32,000 bases of DNA from Mycobacterium tuberculosis H37Rv (GTDB lineage Bacteria > Actinomycetota > Actinomycetes > Mycobacteriales > Mycobacteriaceae): NCBI RefSeq assembly GCF_000195955.2, contig NC_000962.3, forward strand, positions 4,170,001 to 4,202,000, read 5' to 3'. Position 1 is the stretch's first letter; each line of letters starts with the position of its first letter. Below, piece after piece: positions 1 to 8,284 of the stretch. Below the pieces are notes generated by a model that saw nothing but the letters and a program-made list of their open reading frames with translations, was not told where the DNA came from and ran no database searches. Both the position numbers and the translations under genes were made by a program.

Positions 1-169
1 CGGCGCGCCGCCGATAGCCATCGGTCCCCTGTACCAGCCGAAAACGCTTCAGTTGTGTGCCGATGGCGACTCGATTTGTGGCGACGGCAACAGCCCGGTC
101 GCGCATGGCCTGTACGCGGTGAACGGCATGGTAGGCCAGGGCGCGAATTTCGCCGCCAGCCGCCTGTAG
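1..169 (+). CDS. cut5b: Cutinase family protein, 3' end only (partial)
   Basis: Frame 2 reads GAPPIAIGPLYQPKTLQLCADGDSICGDGNSPVAHGLYAVNGMVGQGANFAASRL then TAG at 167-169. The C..GD..C segment and HGLY(H-like) region resemble a cutinase C-terminus; context matches Rv3724B. Confidence 0.75.
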   Translation, partial: GAPPIAIGPLYQPKTLQLCADGDSICGDGNSPVAHGLYAVNGMVGQGANFAASRL

Positions 170-213
170 CCAGAACTGCGCTGCCACCCCAGCGAGAGCT
201 GGGCGGTGATCCA

Positions 214-1143
214 ATGCAGAATGCCACCATGCGCGTTCTGGTCACCGGCGGTACGGGATTTGTGGGCGGGTGGACTGCCAAAGCCATCGCTGACGCGGGC
301 CACTCCGTCCGGTTCCTGGTGCGAAATCCCGCACGGCTGAAGACGTCTGTCGCGAAACTGGGCGTCGACGTGTCGGACTTTGCGGTTGCAGACATATCCG
401 ACCGCGATTCGGTACGGGAGGCGTTGAACGGATGCGACGCCGTCGTGCACAGCGCCGCGCTGGTGGCAACCGACCCGCGTGAGACTTCGCGGATGCTGAG
501 TACGAACATGGCGGGCGCCCAAAATGTTCTCGGTCAAGCCGTCGAGCTCGGAATGGATCCGATCGTGCATGTGTCGAGCTTCACGGCGCTGTTTCGTCCC
601 AACTTGGCGACGCTGAGCGCTGATCTGCCGGTTGCCGGTGGGACGGATGGATACGGACAATCCAAAGCGCAGATCGAAATCTATGCGCGCGGTCTTCAGG
701 ACGCCGGCGCACCGGTGAACATCACTTATCCTGGCATGGTCCTCGGCCCGCCGGTGGGCGATCAATTCGGTGAAGCCGGGGAGGGTGTCCGGTCCGCATT
801 GTGGATGCATGTCATTCCCGGGCGCGGCGCGGCGTGGTTGATCGTCGACGTCCGAGATGTGGCGGCACTGCACGCGGCGTTGTTGGAATCCGGGCGTGGG
901 CCGCGCCGCTACACTGCGGGAGGTCATCGGATTCCGGTGCCCGAGCTCGCGAAAATTCTGGGCGGGTCGCCGGCACCACGATGCTGGCCGTCCCGGTGCC
1001 CGATTCCGCGCTGCGTGTCGCGGGATCGGTGCTGGATCAAGCCGGGCCCTATCTGCCTTTCAATACTCCGTTCACCGCGGCAGGTATGCAGTACTACACA
1101 CAGATGCCGGAGTCCGACGATTCGCCGAGCGAAAAAGAACTAG
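214..1143 (+). CDS. NAD-dependent epimerase/dehydratase-like oxidoreductase; C-terminus appears frameshifted (Rv3725-like, 309 aa)
   Basis: MQNATMRVLVTGGTGFVGGWTAKAIADAGHSVRFLVRNP: Rossmann GGTGFVG motif at the N-terminus. Homology-like residues move to the frame ending at 1214 after about 965. Confidence 0.85.
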   Translation: MQNATMRVLVTGGTGFVGGWTAKAIADAGHSVRFLVRNPARLKTSVAKLGVDVSDFAVADISDRDSVREALNGCDAVVHSAALVATDPRETSRMLSTNMAGAQNVLGQAVELGMDPIVHVSSFTALFRPNLATLSADLPVAGGTDGYGQSKAQIEIYARGLQDAGAPVNITYPGMVLGPPVGDQFGEAGEGVRSALWMHVIPGRGAAWLIVDVRDVAALHAALLESGRGPRRYTAGGHRIPVPELAKILGGSPAPRCWPSRCPIPRCVSRDRCWIKPGPICLSILRSPRQVCSTTHRCRSPTIRRAKKN

Positions 1144-1210
1144 GCATCACCTACCGCGATCCGCGCGACACCGTGGCCGACACCGTCACGGCCCTGCGCG
1201 GCCTGGGCAG

Positions 1211-1357
1211 CTAACTGCCGTCGGGAGGTTCCGCCGGTTCCGCGTCGGGGCGCGAATTCTTCAACCACTGCTTCAGCCGGAGCAGTTCGTTGACGACGAT
1301 GCCGACGCCCAGGAGGATGACCAGCGTCACCACAATAGCGGTGGCCACGTAGTCCAT
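1211..1357 (-). CDS. Small putative single-TM membrane protein (48 aa)
   Basis: MDYVATAIVVTLVILLGVGIVVNELLRLKQWLKNSRPDAEPAEPPDGS; hydrophobic helix followed by a charged tail; GGGG 8-11 nt upstream of the ATG; ends convergently with the restored Rv3725 frame. Confidence 0.5.
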   Translation of the reverse strand: MDYVATAIVVTLVILLGVGIVVNELLRLKQWLKNSRPDAEPAEPPDGS

Positions 1358-1420
1358 GGTGACAGCCCCGCCACGGCGCACGTTCAGGCCGCTTGCTGTC
1401 GGATCGAGAGGACCTACGCG

Positions 1421-2614
1421 ATGAAGGCGGTGACCTGCACCAACGCAAAGCTCGAGGTAGTCGACCGGCCGTCCCCGGCGCCGGCCAAGGGTCAACTGTT
1501 GCTCGATGTGCTGCGGTGCGGTATCTGCGGATCGGACCTGCATGCCCGCTTGCACTGTGATGAACTGGCCGACGTGATGGCCGAATCTGGCTACCACGCC
1601 TTCATGCGATCGAATCAGCAGGTGGTGTTCGGACACGAGTTCTGTGGCGAGGTGGTCGATTACGGTCCCGGCACCCGCAGGACCCCTAGGCGCGGCACCC
1701 CGGTCGTCGCCATGCCGCTGCTGCGGCGTGGCAACAAAGAGGTGCACGGGATCGGGCTTTCGACAATGGCGCCGGGCGCCTACGCCGAGCGGCTCGTCGT
1801 CGAGCAGTCGCTGACGTTTCCTGTCCCGAACGGGCTGGCGCCCGAGATAGCCGCGCTGACCGAGCCCATGGCCGTCGGATGGCACGCCGTCCGGCGCGGC
1901 GAGGTGGGCAAGGGCGACGTCGCGATCGTGATCGGGTGCGGTCCGATCGGCCTCGCGGTGATCTGCATGCTGAAGTCGCGCGGGGTACACACGGTGATCG
2001 CAAGCGACTTTTCACCCGGCCGTCGTGCCCTCGCAACCGCCTGTGGCGCTGATTCCGTAGTCGATCCCGTACAGGACTCACCGTATGCGGTAGCCGCCGG
2101 CCTTGGACAGGGAAACAGACACCTGCAAAGCATCCTCGACGCGTTCGACCTCGCAGTCGGCACGGTCGAAAGACTGCAGCGGCTGCGGCTGCCGTGGTGG
2201 CACCTTTGGCGGGCTGCCGAAGCAGCTGGCGCCGCAACGCCAAAGCGTCCAGTCATCTTCGAATGTGTTGGCGTTCCGGGAATTATCGATGGCATCATCG
2301 CCAGCGCACCGCTGTTCTCGCGCGTCGTCGTGGTCGGCGTCTGCATGGGCTCAGACCACATCCGGCCGGCGATGGCGATCAACAAAGAGATCAACCTGCG
2401 GTTCGTCCTCGGCTACACACCGTTAGAGTTCCGCGACACGTTGCACATGCTGGCCGACGGCAAGGTCAACGCCGCGCCGCTGATCACCGGGACGGTCGGT
2501 TTACCCGGCGTGGCGGCAGCATTCGATGCGCTCGGCGATCCCGAGGCGCACGCAAAAATCATGATCGACCCCAAGAGCAACGCCGCGAGTCCCCAACCAT
2601 TCCGCGTGGAGTGA
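1421..2614 (+). CDS. Zinc-dependent alcohol dehydrogenase (MDR family), 397 aa (Rv3726-like)
   Basis: MKAVTCTNAKLEVVDRPSPAPAKGQLLLDVLRCGICGSDLH...GHEFCGEVVDYGPG...VIGCGPIGLAV: MDR catalytic-zinc and Rossmann motifs. Confidence 0.92.
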   Translation: MKAVTCTNAKLEVVDRPSPAPAKGQLLLDVLRCGICGSDLHARLHCDELADVMAESGYHAFMRSNQQVVFGHEFCGEVVDYGPGTRRTPRRGTPVVAMPLLRRGNKEVHGIGLSTMAPGAYAERLVVEQSLTFPVPNGLAPEIAALTEPMAVGWHAVRRGEVGKGDVAIVIGCGPIGLAVICMLKSRGVHTVIASDFSPGRRALATACGADSVVDPVQDSPYAVAAGLGQGNRHLQSILDAFDLAVGTVERLQRLRLPWWHLWRAAEAAGAATPKRPVIFECVGVPGIIDGIIASAPLFSRVVVVGVCMGSDHIRPAMAINKEINLRFVLGYTPLEFRDTLHMLADGKVNAAPLITGTVGLPGVAAAFDALGDPEAHAKIMIDPKSNAASPQPFRVE

Positions 2615-2954
2615 ATGATGCGGGATAGCCGCACGGCGTTGGATCCACCCGGGACGACAGCTTGAATTCAGGCGGCCTCTGCTTTAAAGCGCACACTACC
2701 GCGCCTGCTGCGGCATGGATCCAAATATCCGCCAAAGTACGTATGGACATCCGATAGCCCGGCGCACCTACGACCCGCCGCGCAGACACATTTACGCGTT
2801 CGCACCGATGGCTGCGGACCCAGCAAATGGCAGAGTTAGAGCGTCGGCCGTGTCTTGAGTCAATGCTTCCAGGCCGGCACCTTTTCTCCCGTGGACCGCA
2901 TGTGCCCACGGTCGCGTCAGTACCGCCCGAATCATTCCTTGAGGCCTATTGCAG

Positions 2955-4763
2955 ATGAAACCGTCGCCTGCCGATACCCACGTCGTGATTGCCGGTGCTG
3001 GCATCGCGGGATTGGCTGCCGCCATGATCCTGGCCGAAGCCGGGGTGCGAGTCACATTGTGCGAAGCTGCATCCGAAGCTGGGGGCAAGGCCAAGAGTTT
3101 ACGTCTCGCGGACGGCCACCCGACCGAGCACAGTTTGCGGGTTTACACCGATACTTACCAAACCCTGCTGACGCTGTTCTCGCGTATACCCACCGAACAT
3201 GACAGGACCGTGCTAGACAACCTGGTCGGCGTCAGCATGGTTTCGGCTACCGCGCAAGGCGTGATTGGCCGAATCGCTGCGCCAGTTGCCTTGCAACGCC
3301 GGCGGCCAACCTTCGCGCGGATCATAGGCAAGGTAGTCGAACCGCCGCGGCAACTTGTCCGGATCTTGTTGCGCGGCCCAATGGTAATCGTTGGTCTGGC
3401 CCAACGAGGTGTGCCGGCCACCGACGTCCTCCATTACCTCTACGCCCATCTACGGCTGCTGTGGATGTGCCGAGAGCGACTCTTGGCGGAGCTGGGCGAT
3501 ATCTCGTATGCGGATTATCTGCAGCTCGGCTGCAAGTCTGCCCAGGCGCAGGAATTCTTTTCTGCTGTGCCGCGCATTTACGTCGCGGCGCGCACCAGTG
3601 CCGAAGCGGCGGCCATTGCGCCCATCGTTCTCAAGGGGCTGTTTCGCCTGAAAAGTAATTGTCCATCAGCCCTCAACGACGCAAAGCTGCCCGCGATCAT
3701 GATGATGGATGGACCGACCAGCGAGCGCATGGTCGATCCCTGGATTCGCCACCTGACAAGGCTCGGCGTGGACATCCACTTCAACACGCGTGTCGGCGAT
3801 CTCGAGTTCGACGACGGTCGCGTCACCGCATTGATATCGTCCGATGGCCGCCGGTTTGCCTGCGACTATGCCCTGCTCGCGGTGCCCTATCTGACGCTGC
3901 GAGAGCTGGCCAAATCAGCTCATGTCAAGCGATATCTCCCTCAGCTCACACAGCAGCACGCCCTTGCGCTTGAGGCATCGAACGGAATCCAGTGTTTTCT
4001 GCGCGACCTCCCTGCGACGTGGCCTCCGTTCATCCGCCCTGGAGTCGTCACTACGCATCTGCAAAGCCAGTGGTCGCTGGTCTGCGTTCTGCAGGGAGAA
4101 GGTTTCTGGAAAAACGTCCGCCTGCCGGAAGGAACCCGCTACGTTCTGTCAATAACCTGGAGTGATGTGGAAACGCCCGGACCTGTTTTTGATCGGCCAT
4201 TGAGTGAATGTACGCCAGATGAGATCTTGACCGAGTGCCTGACGCAGTGCGGCCTCGATAAATCGAACGTCTTGGGCTGGCGGATCGATCACGAGCTGAA
4301 GCACTTAGACGAGGCCGAATACGAAAAGGTGGCGAGCGAGCTGCCTCCTCATCTTGTCTCGGCGCCTGCGCGCGGGCAGCGCATGGTGAATTTCTCGCCG
4401 CTTACCGTATTGATGCCGGGCGCGCGCCACCGCTCCCCGGGTATTTGCACCTCAGTGCCTAACCTTTTGCTAGCCGGTGAGGTGATCTATTCACCCGACC
4501 TGACCTTGTTTGTTCCGACCATGGAGAAGGCGGCATGCTCCGGCTATCTGGCCGCCCGCCAAATCATGAACATGGTTGCTTCGCACGCCGCACCGCTGCG
4601 GATCGACTTCCGGGATCCCGCCCCATTTGCGGTTCTGCGGCGGGTGGACCGATGGTTTTGGAGCCGCCGCCGACGACCGCCAGACCGGTCGACATTTGCA
4701 ACCCCACCAACCGCCATGCCGGCGCCGAGCCACCTGACCGACGTGGATCGCTCTGCAAGTTAG
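2955..4763 (+). CDS. FAD-dependent amine oxidase/phytoene desaturase-like oxidoreductase, 602 aa (Rv3727-like)
   Basis: HVVIAGAGIAGLAAAMILAEAGVRVTLCEAASEAGGKAKS dinucleotide-binding motif; C-terminal LLLAGEVIYSPDLTLFVPTMEKAACSGYLAARQI. ATG at 2955, alternative TTG at 2949. Confidence 0.88.
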   Translation: MKPSPADTHVVIAGAGIAGLAAAMILAEAGVRVTLCEAASEAGGKAKSLRLADGHPTEHSLRVYTDTYQTLLTLFSRIPTEHDRTVLDNLVGVSMVSATAQGVIGRIAAPVALQRRRPTFARIIGKVVEPPRQLVRILLRGPMVIVGLAQRGVPATDVLHYLYAHLRLLWMCRERLLAELGDISYADYLQLGCKSAQAQEFFSAVPRIYVAARTSAEAAAIAPIVLKGLFRLKSNCPSALNDAKLPAIMMMDGPTSERMVDPWIRHLTRLGVDIHFNTRVGDLEFDDGRVTALISSDGRRFACDYALLAVPYLTLRELAKSAHVKRYLPQLTQQHALALEASNGIQCFLRDLPATWPPFIRPGVVTTHLQSQWSLVCVLQGEGFWKNVRLPEGTRYVLSITWSDVETPGPVFDRPLSECTPDEILTECLTQCGLDKSNVLGWRIDHELKHLDEAEYEKVASELPPHLVSAPARGQRMVNFSPLTVLMPGARHRSPGICTSVPNLLLAGEVIYSPDLTLFVPTMEKAACSGYLAARQIMNMVASHAAPLRIDFRDPAPFAVLRRVDRWFWSRRRRPPDRSTFATPPTAMPAPSHLTDVDRSAS

Positions 4764-4872
4764 CCGCCGGTAACCCACCAAGCCTCGTCACGCTACAAGT
4801 CCACCGTTGAACCGACGGCGTTGACGCGTCACATATCCCTGATCCTTCAAGAACGTGGAGTTTCCCTTGACT

Positions 4873-7800
4873 GTGCACACCGTCGCCACCAACAATGCTG
4901 CGCCCGTCATAGCCGCCGGTCCCGTCGGCCCTAGCAGACGACGCCGTCGCGTGCACGCCCCACTTACGCGACGCCGCCAACCCTCCTCCTCGGCGGTGCT
5001 GCTGGTGGCGGCTTTCGGCGCCTTCCTCGCTTTCCTTGACTCCACGATCGTCAACGTCGCGTTCCCCGATATCCAGCGGCACTTCCACAGCGACATCAGT
5101 GACCTGTCCTGGATGCTCAACGCCTACAACATTGTTTTCGCGGCGTTCCTGGTGGCCGCCGGCAGGCTGGCCGACCTGATGGGGCGCAAGCGGGTGTTCA
5201 TCTTGGGGGTGGCGTTGTTCACCGTCGCGTCCGGGCTGTGCGCGATCGCCGAAAGCGTCGGGGAACTGGTTGCGTTCCGTGTGCTGCAAGGCATCGGCGC
5301 AGCGGTTCTGGTACCGGCTTCGCTGGGGCTGGTCGTCGAGGCCTTCCCGGCCGAGCGGCGCGCGCACGGGGTCAACCTGTGGGGTGCGGCGGGGGCCATC
5401 GCCGCGGGCCTCGGCCCGCCGATCGGTGGCGCCCTCATCGAGGCGGATGGCTGGCGGTGGGTGTTCCTGGTGAACCTTCCGCTGGGGGTATTCGCTGTGC
5501 TGGCCGCTCGGCGGGCACTGGTGGAGAACCGGGCCGCCGGACGTCGGCGTGTGCCCGACGTGCGCGGCGCGGTGCTGCTGGCTTTCGCGCTGGGCCTTTT
5601 GACGCTGGGATTGATCAAGGGCCCGGATTGGGGTTGGGCCAGCCTGCCGACCAGCGGGTCATTGCTGGCCGCGGCGGTCGCGATGGTTGGGTTTGTGATG
5701 AGCTCACGACACCACCCGGCACCGATGGTCGAGCCCACGCTGTTGCGCATCCAGTCGTTCGTGGCCGGCACCGGGCTGACCGCCGTGGCCAGCGCCGGCT
5801 TCTACGCCTATCTGCTGACGCACGTGCTGTTCCTCAACTACGTCTGGGGTTACACGCTGCTGGAGGCTGGCATGGCCGTCGCCCCCGCCGCGCTGGTCGC
5901 CGCCGTCGTCGCGGCGGTGCTTGGCCGCGTCGCCGACCGGCACGGTTACCGCTTCATCGTCGGCATCGGCGCGTTGATCTGGGCTGCCAGCCTGCTGTGG
6001 TATCTCAAGGTTGTCGGGTCCCAGCCCGATTTCCTCGGTGAATGGCTGCCCGGCCAGATACTGCAGGGAATCGGGGTGGGCGCTACCTTCCCGCTGCTCG
6101 GCAGTGCCGCCTTGGCCCGGCTGGCCAAGGGCGGCAGCTACGCCACCGCTTCGGCGGTGACCGGCACCATCCGCCAGGTTGGCGCCGTCATCGGCGTCGC
6201 GGTGCTGGTGATCCTGGTCGGCACACCGGCACCGGGCGCAGCCGAAGAGGCGTTGCGTCACGGGTGGGCGTTGGCCGCGATCTGTTTCGTGGCGGTGGGG
6301 ATCGGGGCGCTGTCGCTGGGTCGCATCCGCCCAGTCCCAGCTGCGGTTGAACCCCCGCCGGGGCCGCCGGTGGCTCCGTTGGGAGCGCGGCGGCCGCCGA
6401 GACCCGCACCGGTGGCCTCACCCGCCGCGGCAGTGGCCCCGACCCCCAAGACTTCCCGCGAAGTCAACCTGCTGGAGGCTCTGCGGTTTGCCAGGCCGGA
6501 CACGCAACAGATTGAGCTGCAAGCAGGCTCGTATTTGTTCCACGCGGGCGATGTGTCCGATGCGCTCTACGTGGTGCGCAGCGGCCGCCTGCAAGTCCTC
6601 GCCGGCGACGGCGCAAAGGACGAAGTGGTGGCCGAGCTGGGCCGTGGTCAGGTGGTCGGGGAGCTCGGGGTGCTGCTCGATGCGCCGCGGTCCGCGTCGG
6701 TTCGTGCGGTACGCGACTCGTCCCTGATGCGAGTGACCAAGGCCGAATTCGCGAAGATCGCCGATGCCGGGGTGCTTGGGGCGCTGGCGGGGGTACTGGC
6801 CAAACGACAGCACCAGACACGCGTGGCCTCTCAGCGGACAACGCCGGAGGTCGTTGTCGCGGTCGTCGGTGTCGACGCCAATGCACCGGTCGCAATGGTG
6901 GCCACCGAATTGTGCAGGGCACTGTCGACACGGCTACGTGCTGTCGCCCCCGGCCGGGTCGACTGCGACGGGTTGGAACGTGCCGAGCAGACCGCCGACC
7001 GGGTGGTGCTGCATGCGGCCGTCGGCGACGCGCGGTGGCGGGAATTCTGTTTGCGTGTCGCCGATCGCGTGGTGCTGGTGGCCAGCAACCCGGCCGTGCC
7101 TGTGGCCCCGCTGCCGACCCGAGCGACCGGCGCCGACCTGGTGCTGGCCGGACGGCCCGCCGGCCGGGAGCACCGACGTGCCTGGGAGCAGTTGATCACG
7201 CCGCGGTCGATGCATGTGGTCCGACGCGAATTTGTCGCCGACGACCTGCGGGTGCTCGCCACGCGTATCGCGGGCCGTTCCGTGGGGCTAGTCCTCAGCG
7301 GTGGGGCAGCGAGGGCGTGTGCCCACTTGGGCGTGCTGGAGGAACTGGAGGCCGCCGGGGTCACCGTCGACCGCTTTGCCGGCACCAGCATGGGCGCAAT
7401 CATCGCGGCTCTGGCGGCCAGCGGTTTGGATGCTGCCGGGGTGGATGCGCAAATCTACGAGCACTTCGTGCGCAAGAGCCACGGCGACTACACCCTGCCG
7501 AGCAAGGGGCTGATCCGCGGGAAACGCACCCAGTCCACGCTACGCACGATCTTCGGAGACCATTTGGTGGAGGAGCTGCCGAAACATTTCCGCTGCGTCA
7601 GTGTCGACCTATTGGCCCGGCGTCCCGTCGTGCACCGCCAAGGCCCGCTCGCCGACGTCGTCGGCTGCTCGATGCGGCTGCCTTTTCTGTATGCGCCACT
7701 GCCCTACGGCGGCACCCTGCACGTCGACGGCGGTGTGCTGGACAACGTGCCCGTCACCACGCTGGTGGGCAAGGACGGCCCACTGATTGCGGTAAACGTG

Positions 7801-8070
7801 GCCTCTGGCGGAAATCCAAGCCCCGCGTCCGGCGGCCATCGCCGCGGCAAACCACGGGTGCCCGGCCTAACCGACACCCTGCTGCGCACCATGACAATCA
7901 GCAGCGCGATGGCATCGGAAAAAGTGTTGGCCCAGGCCGACCTGGTGATCAAGCCCAACCCGATCGGCGTCGGACTCATGGAGTACCACCAGATCGACCG
8001 CGCCCGTGAAGCGGGCCGGATCGCGGCCCGTGAAGCGTTGCCACAAATCATGGAGCTGGTGCACGGCTGA
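4873..8070 (+). CDS. Trimodular membrane protein: MFS (DHA2-like) transporter + cyclic-nucleotide-binding domain + patatin-like phospholipase/esterase (Rv3728-like, 1065 aa)
   Basis: MFS: LAFLDSTIVNVAFPDIQRHF, GRLADLMGRKRVFILGV. cNMP: FHAGDVSDALYVVRSGRLQVLAGDG...GELGVLLDAPRSASVRAV. Patatin: GLVLSGGAARACAHLGVLEELEAAGV, GTSMGAIIAA (GxSxG), HVDGGVLDNVPV. GTG start at 4873. Confidence 0.92.
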   Translation: MHTVATNNAAPVIAAGPVGPSRRRRRVHAPLTRRRQPSSSAVLLVAAFGAFLAFLDSTIVNVAFPDIQRHFHSDISDLSWMLNAYNIVFAAFLVAAGRLADLMGRKRVFILGVALFTVASGLCAIAESVGELVAFRVLQGIGAAVLVPASLGLVVEAFPAERRAHGVNLWGAAGAIAAGLGPPIGGALIEADGWRWVFLVNLPLGVFAVLAARRALVENRAAGRRRVPDVRGAVLLAFALGLLTLGLIKGPDWGWASLPTSGSLLAAAVAMVGFVMSSRHHPAPMVEPTLLRIQSFVAGTGLTAVASAGFYAYLLTHVLFLNYVWGYTLLEAGMAVAPAALVAAVVAAVLGRVADRHGYRFIVGIGALIWAASLLWYLKVVGSQPDFLGEWLPGQILQGIGVGATFPLLGSAALARLAKGGSYATASAVTGTIRQVGAVIGVAVLVILVGTPAPGAAEEALRHGWALAAICFVAVGIGALSLGRIRPVPAAVEPPPGPPVAPLGARRPPRPAPVASPAAAVAPTPKTSREVNLLEALRFARPDTQQIELQAGSYLFHAGDVSDALYVVRSGRLQVLAGDGAKDEVVAELGRGQVVGELGVLLDAPRSASVRAVRDSSLMRVTKAEFAKIADAGVLGALAGVLAKRQHQTRVASQRTTPEVVVAVVGVDANAPVAMVATELCRALSTRLRAVAPGRVDCDGLERAEQTADRVVLHAAVGDARWREFCLRVADRVVLVASNPAVPVAPLPTRATGADLVLAGRPAGREHRRAWEQLITPRSMHVVRREFVADDLRVLATRIAGRSVGLVLSGGAARACAHLGVLEELEAAGVTVDRFAGTSMGAIIAALAASGLDAAGVDAQIYEHFVRKSHGDYTLPSKGLIRGKRTQSTLRTIFGDHLVEELPKHFRCVSVDLLARRPVVHRQGPLADVVGCSMRLPFLYAPLPYGGTLHVDGGVLDNVPVTTLVGKDGPLIAVNVASGGNPSPASGGHRRGKPRVPGLTDTLLRTMTISSAMASEKVLAQADLVIKPNPIGVGLMEYHQIDRAREAGRIAAREALPQIMELVHG

Positions 8071-8284
8071 ACCTGGGCAGGGCCGCTAAGATACTGTGAC
8101 CACGGCCACGCTATCGGCGGCCTGGCCAGCTTTCCGGGCCGCTACCCGATGGGAGTCCTCACCCACGCCGCCGGCGGACCCAACCCCGATTGTTCGACCG
8201 CAGACACTGATCTATCGCGCAGGCGTTGCCGCATGGTGGACTAGCCCAATGACGCGGGCTGACGGCAAGCGCGACCGTGACGAG

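Noticed and set aside
49-927. 292-aa minus-strand ORF opposite Rv3725
   Set aside because: Arg/His/Pro-rich composition typical of antisense shadow ORFs in high-GC DNA; the plus strand encodes a clear NAD-binding protein.
857-1420. N-terminal extension of the 857-2614 ORF
   Set aside because: Overlaps Rv3725 in an alternate frame and is low-quality sequence; the MDR dehydrogenase begins naturally at MKAVTC (1421).
4564-5367. 267-aa minus-strand ORF
   Set aside because: Antisense to the Rv3727 end and the MFS N-terminus; no recognisable motifs.
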